Shown here: in pieces, positions 12,791 to 15,080 of the stretch
How the letters are laid out: each line of letters begins with the position of its first letter
Numbering within the stretch: position 1 is the first letter of the stretch
Assembly: GCA_050177605.1 (NCBI GenBank)
Contig: JBFXGX010000006.1
Span: forward strand, 51,688-66,767
Length of the DNA: 15,080 nucleotides
Direction: 5' to 3'
From: Candidatus Izemoplasmatales bacterium
GTDB lineage: Bacteria > Bacillota_I > Bacilli_A > Izemoplasmatales > Hujiaoplasmataceae
The notes under the pieces: model-generated
Told to the model about the DNA's origin: nothing
The model's database searches: none
The model's input: only the letters and a program-made list of their open reading frames with translations
Position numbers and translations under genes: made by a program

Positions 12791-15080
12791 TGAAGAGATT
12801 ACATTTATTAAGAAGTCTAATCGTCATTGTTTCGACGTTGGTAGTCGTCTTAACACTCGGTTTTAGTAGTACAGATATTCATGCGGCAGCGACGCCGTAT
12901 ACAACGTTTACGACAGATAATGAAAATGGATATATCGAAACCTATGATGCCTATACACCAAATGGGCAAATCACAGGTGGAACAGATGTTACTTTTAAAA
13001 CATTAGAGTATGTATATATTGATAGTGAAGATTATATTTATATTTCTGATAGTGGCAGTGCATCGGTATACGTTTTTGATTCCAATCATCAATATGTGAA
13101 TACCATCAGTTTCTTTGGTGATGATAACTATCCAGCATTTTATGCGGTGAATAGTGTTTTCGTTTCTGGGGATAAAGTCTATATTCCTGACAGTTTTGCA
13201 AAAGCAGTTTATATTTTTGACCGCAATGAAGTCATCAATCCTCCTCAAGCTTATAATTTATGGGTTGAAGATGTCGATTTAGATGATGAGTTATCCGATG
13301 GCGATTTAGTCTATGTTGCGGACAAAGAAACAGGTCTACCAATCGGCTCTGCCGTCTACACAATCGGTATTGGCGGTATGCAAGATACTTATCAAATCTA
13401 TGAATTTAAAGATATCACTACTGGAGAAGTATTATTCGAAAAAGTAAATATCTTAGAATTTATGGGCAAATTTTTAGGCCATTGGCAAACGACTACTTAT
13501 GAAGGAAAAACATTATTGAAACTTGGCGTTTATGCTGAAAAAGTCGTACCAAAACAAGTCGTAATGACTCCTGACGCACCCGTTTTTGAATCGTATACCT
13601 TCGCACCTAGAAGAGTTGTAGCAGACAAGCGCGGAAACATGTATATTGTTGGTGCAAGAAGTGACAATGGACTTATCATGTTAAACTTTGATGGTGAATT
13701 CGTAACATTTTTTGGTGGTAATGCAATTCGTACACCGATTTTAGATCAAATTCGTTCCATCATCTTATCTGAAACGCAACAAGATAAGTTATTAGCTTTG
13801 TCCGATATTTCCATTGATTATATTAGTGGGGTTGCCATTGATAAAAAAGGATTTATCTATACAGTTACCTCTACTTTAGAAAATGATAACATTAAGAAAT
13901 TTAATGTATCCGGAACCAATTATCTTGAAGGAGATATCCATGGATGGGTTGGGTCAGTAGATATTAAAGTAGGAGCTTATAATAATATTATCGCTGTCGA
14001 TGAATATGGTTGGATTTATGAGTATGACGCAGATGGTCGTTTGATTTTTGCTTTCTGTGTTAAAGAAACTGGAAATGGACGCGATGGATTATTAAAACTT
14101 CCTAAATCGATTGCGATTGATTCTCATGACAATTTATACGTTGTCGATCAAGGAAATAAGTTCGTTCAAATTTATAAATCAACTGAATTTACCGATTCGA
14201 TTCATACAGCATTAAAAGCTTATCAAGATGGTGATGAAGTTGTTGCACAGGAAAATTGGCAATATGCACTTAGTTATGCCACCGTTTTTGATTTAGCACA
14301 TATCGGCTTAGGTGATTCTTATGTAAGACAAGAACAATTCGATCTTGCTTTACAAGAATATATTTTAGCATCTGATAAACAAGGTATTTCAGATACTTTC
14401 TGGCAAGTTAGACAGTTCTGGCTTGAAGATAATTTAAATACGGTATTTATCTCGATTATTGCGTTTTTCGTCCTTCTCACAGCTTATAAAATTGTGAATA
14501 AGAAATATCATTATTCGGATAAATACAAAAAATGGATTCAGTCTCTACGAAAGAAAAGTAAGACGTTTGATGAATTACTTTATATTGGAACCTTTCTAAA
14601 ACATCCAATTGATGGTTATTATGAAATCAAACGAAATAAACGCGTTTCTGTAAGAACTGCTTCGATTATTTATATTTTGCTTGGTTTTGTTTATGTATTC
14701 TATCAAAAAGTAACGAATATTATTTTCTTAGATACATTTCAGCCTAATATTATGTATAACTTGATTATCATCACGGCTGTATTGCTTCTTTGGGTTGTCG
14801 CTAACTACTTCGTTTGTTTAATCGCGGATGGAGAAGGTTCTTTCAAAAATGTTTATACAGCGACAGCAATGAGCTTTACACCAATCTTATTTATTGTGCC
14901 AGTGGTGTCGATTTTAAGTAATGTATTAACCTATCAAGAAGCGGTATTCTTTCAAGGTCCGCTGACTTTTACCACCCTATGGGTCGCTATCTATTTCTTC
15001 TTTATGATTAAGGAAATTCATAATTATGAAGTTGGCGAAACAGTGAAAATTATCATTAAGAGTATGTTTACCATGCTGAT
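12790..15080 (+). CDS. NHL-repeat beta-propeller / TPR-like / YIP1-family membrane fusion protein, 3'-truncated by the window edge (>763 aa)
   Basis: Absent from the ORF track because there is no stop in the window. The ATG overlaps the previous stop (TAATG) and the frame is open to 15080. Translation: signal peptide MKRLHLLRSLIVIVSTLVVVLTLGF; NHL-like blades (YIDSEDYIYISDSG, PRRVVADKRGNMYIV, VAIDKKGFIYTV, PKSIAIDSHDNLYVVDQGN); TPR-like AHIGLGDSYVRQEQFDLAL; a TM helix; then LKHPIDGYYEIKR...WVVANYFVCLIADGEGSFKNVY...IKEIHNY, typical of bacterial YIP1-type domains. Confidence 0.88.
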   Translation, partial: MKRLHLLRSLIVIVSTLVVVLTLGFSSTDIHAAATPYTTFTTDNENGYIETYDAYTPNGQITGGTDVTFKTLEYVYIDSEDYIYISDSGSASVYVFDSNHQYVNTISFFGDDNYPAFYAVNSVFVSGDKVYIPDSFAKAVYIFDRNEVINPPQAYNLWVEDVDLDDELSDGDLVYVADKETGLPIGSAVYTIGIGGMQDTYQIYEFKDITTGEVLFEKVNILEFMGKFLGHWQTTTYEGKTLLKLGVYAEKVVPKQVVMTPDAPVFESYTFAPRRVVADKRGNMYIVGARSDNGLIMLNFDGEFVTFFGGNAIRTPILDQIRSIILSETQQDKLLALSDISIDYISGVAIDKKGFIYTVTSTLENDNIKKFNVSGTNYLEGDIHGWVGSVDIKVGAYNNIIAVDEYGWIYEYDADGRLIFAFCVKETGNGRDGLLKLPKSIAIDSHDNLYVVDQGNKFVQIYKSTEFTDSIHTALKAYQDGDEVVAQENWQYALSYATVFDLAHIGLGDSYVRQEQFDLALQEYILASDKQGISDTFWQVRQFWLEDNLNTVFISIIAFFVLLTAYKIVNKKYHYSDKYKKWIQSLRKKSKTFDELLYIGTFLKHPIDGYYEIKRNKRVSVRTASIIYILLGFVYVFYQKVTNIIFLDTFQPNIMYNLIIITAVLLLWVVANYFVCLIADGEGSFKNVYTATAMSFTPILFIVPVVSILSNVLTYQEAVFFQGPLTFTTLWVAIYFFFMIKEIHNYEVGETVKIIIKSMFTML

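Noticed and set aside
13003..13248. 81-aa minus-strand ORF
   Set aside because: Antisense to the long open + strand NHL/YIP1 frame starting at 12790.
1..15080. CRISPR array, mobile element, diversity-generating repeat pair, tRNA/rRNA, or genetic code 4
   Set aside because: The repeats are in-frame protein modules differing mainly at synonymous sites, not spacer arrays or adenine-specific variants. No transposase, integrase or RT motifs were seen. Intergenic gaps are short. The long ORFs read through under the standard code and one gene ends in TGA.

Overview
A single co-oriented (+ strand), AT-rich carbohydrate-utilisation locus, most likely for starch/pullulan/glycogen. It uses the standard genetic code (TGG = Trp; TGA is a stop at 11874-11876). 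Gene order: (1) the 3' part of a GH13 type I pullulanase-like gene entering from the left edge, extended by three 78-aa Ig-like repeats and a C-terminal membrane tail; (2) a terminator, then a sigma70-type promoter flanked by two LacI/CcpA-type operator-like boxes; (3) a 1258-aa secreted protein with no recognisable catalytic domain (2 CBM41-like modules, 4 X25/SusE-F-like modules, 3 Ig-like repeats) ending in an almost identical tail; (4) a lipoprotein sugar-binding protein with a poly-Thr linker and an Ig domain; (5) a ~1012-aa CBM-fused solute-binding protein; (6-7) two CUT1 sugar ABC permeases; (8) an NHL-propeller/TPR/YIP1 membrane protein running off the right edge and absent from the ORF track. 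The most notable signal is a shared PxTGC-hydrophobic-RKKY C-terminal tail (28/29 aa identical; 9 of 10 nucleotide differences synonymous), a candidate Cys-containing sorting signal. Together the genes suggest a membrane-anchored, Sus/amylosome-like alpha-glucan capture system in a monoderm bacterium. A Mollicutes-related host (Izemoplasmatales/Acholeplasmatales-like) is only an inference from sequence style. All domain names are by-eye motif calls; no searches were run. No RNA genes, CRISPR arrays or mobile elements were seen.
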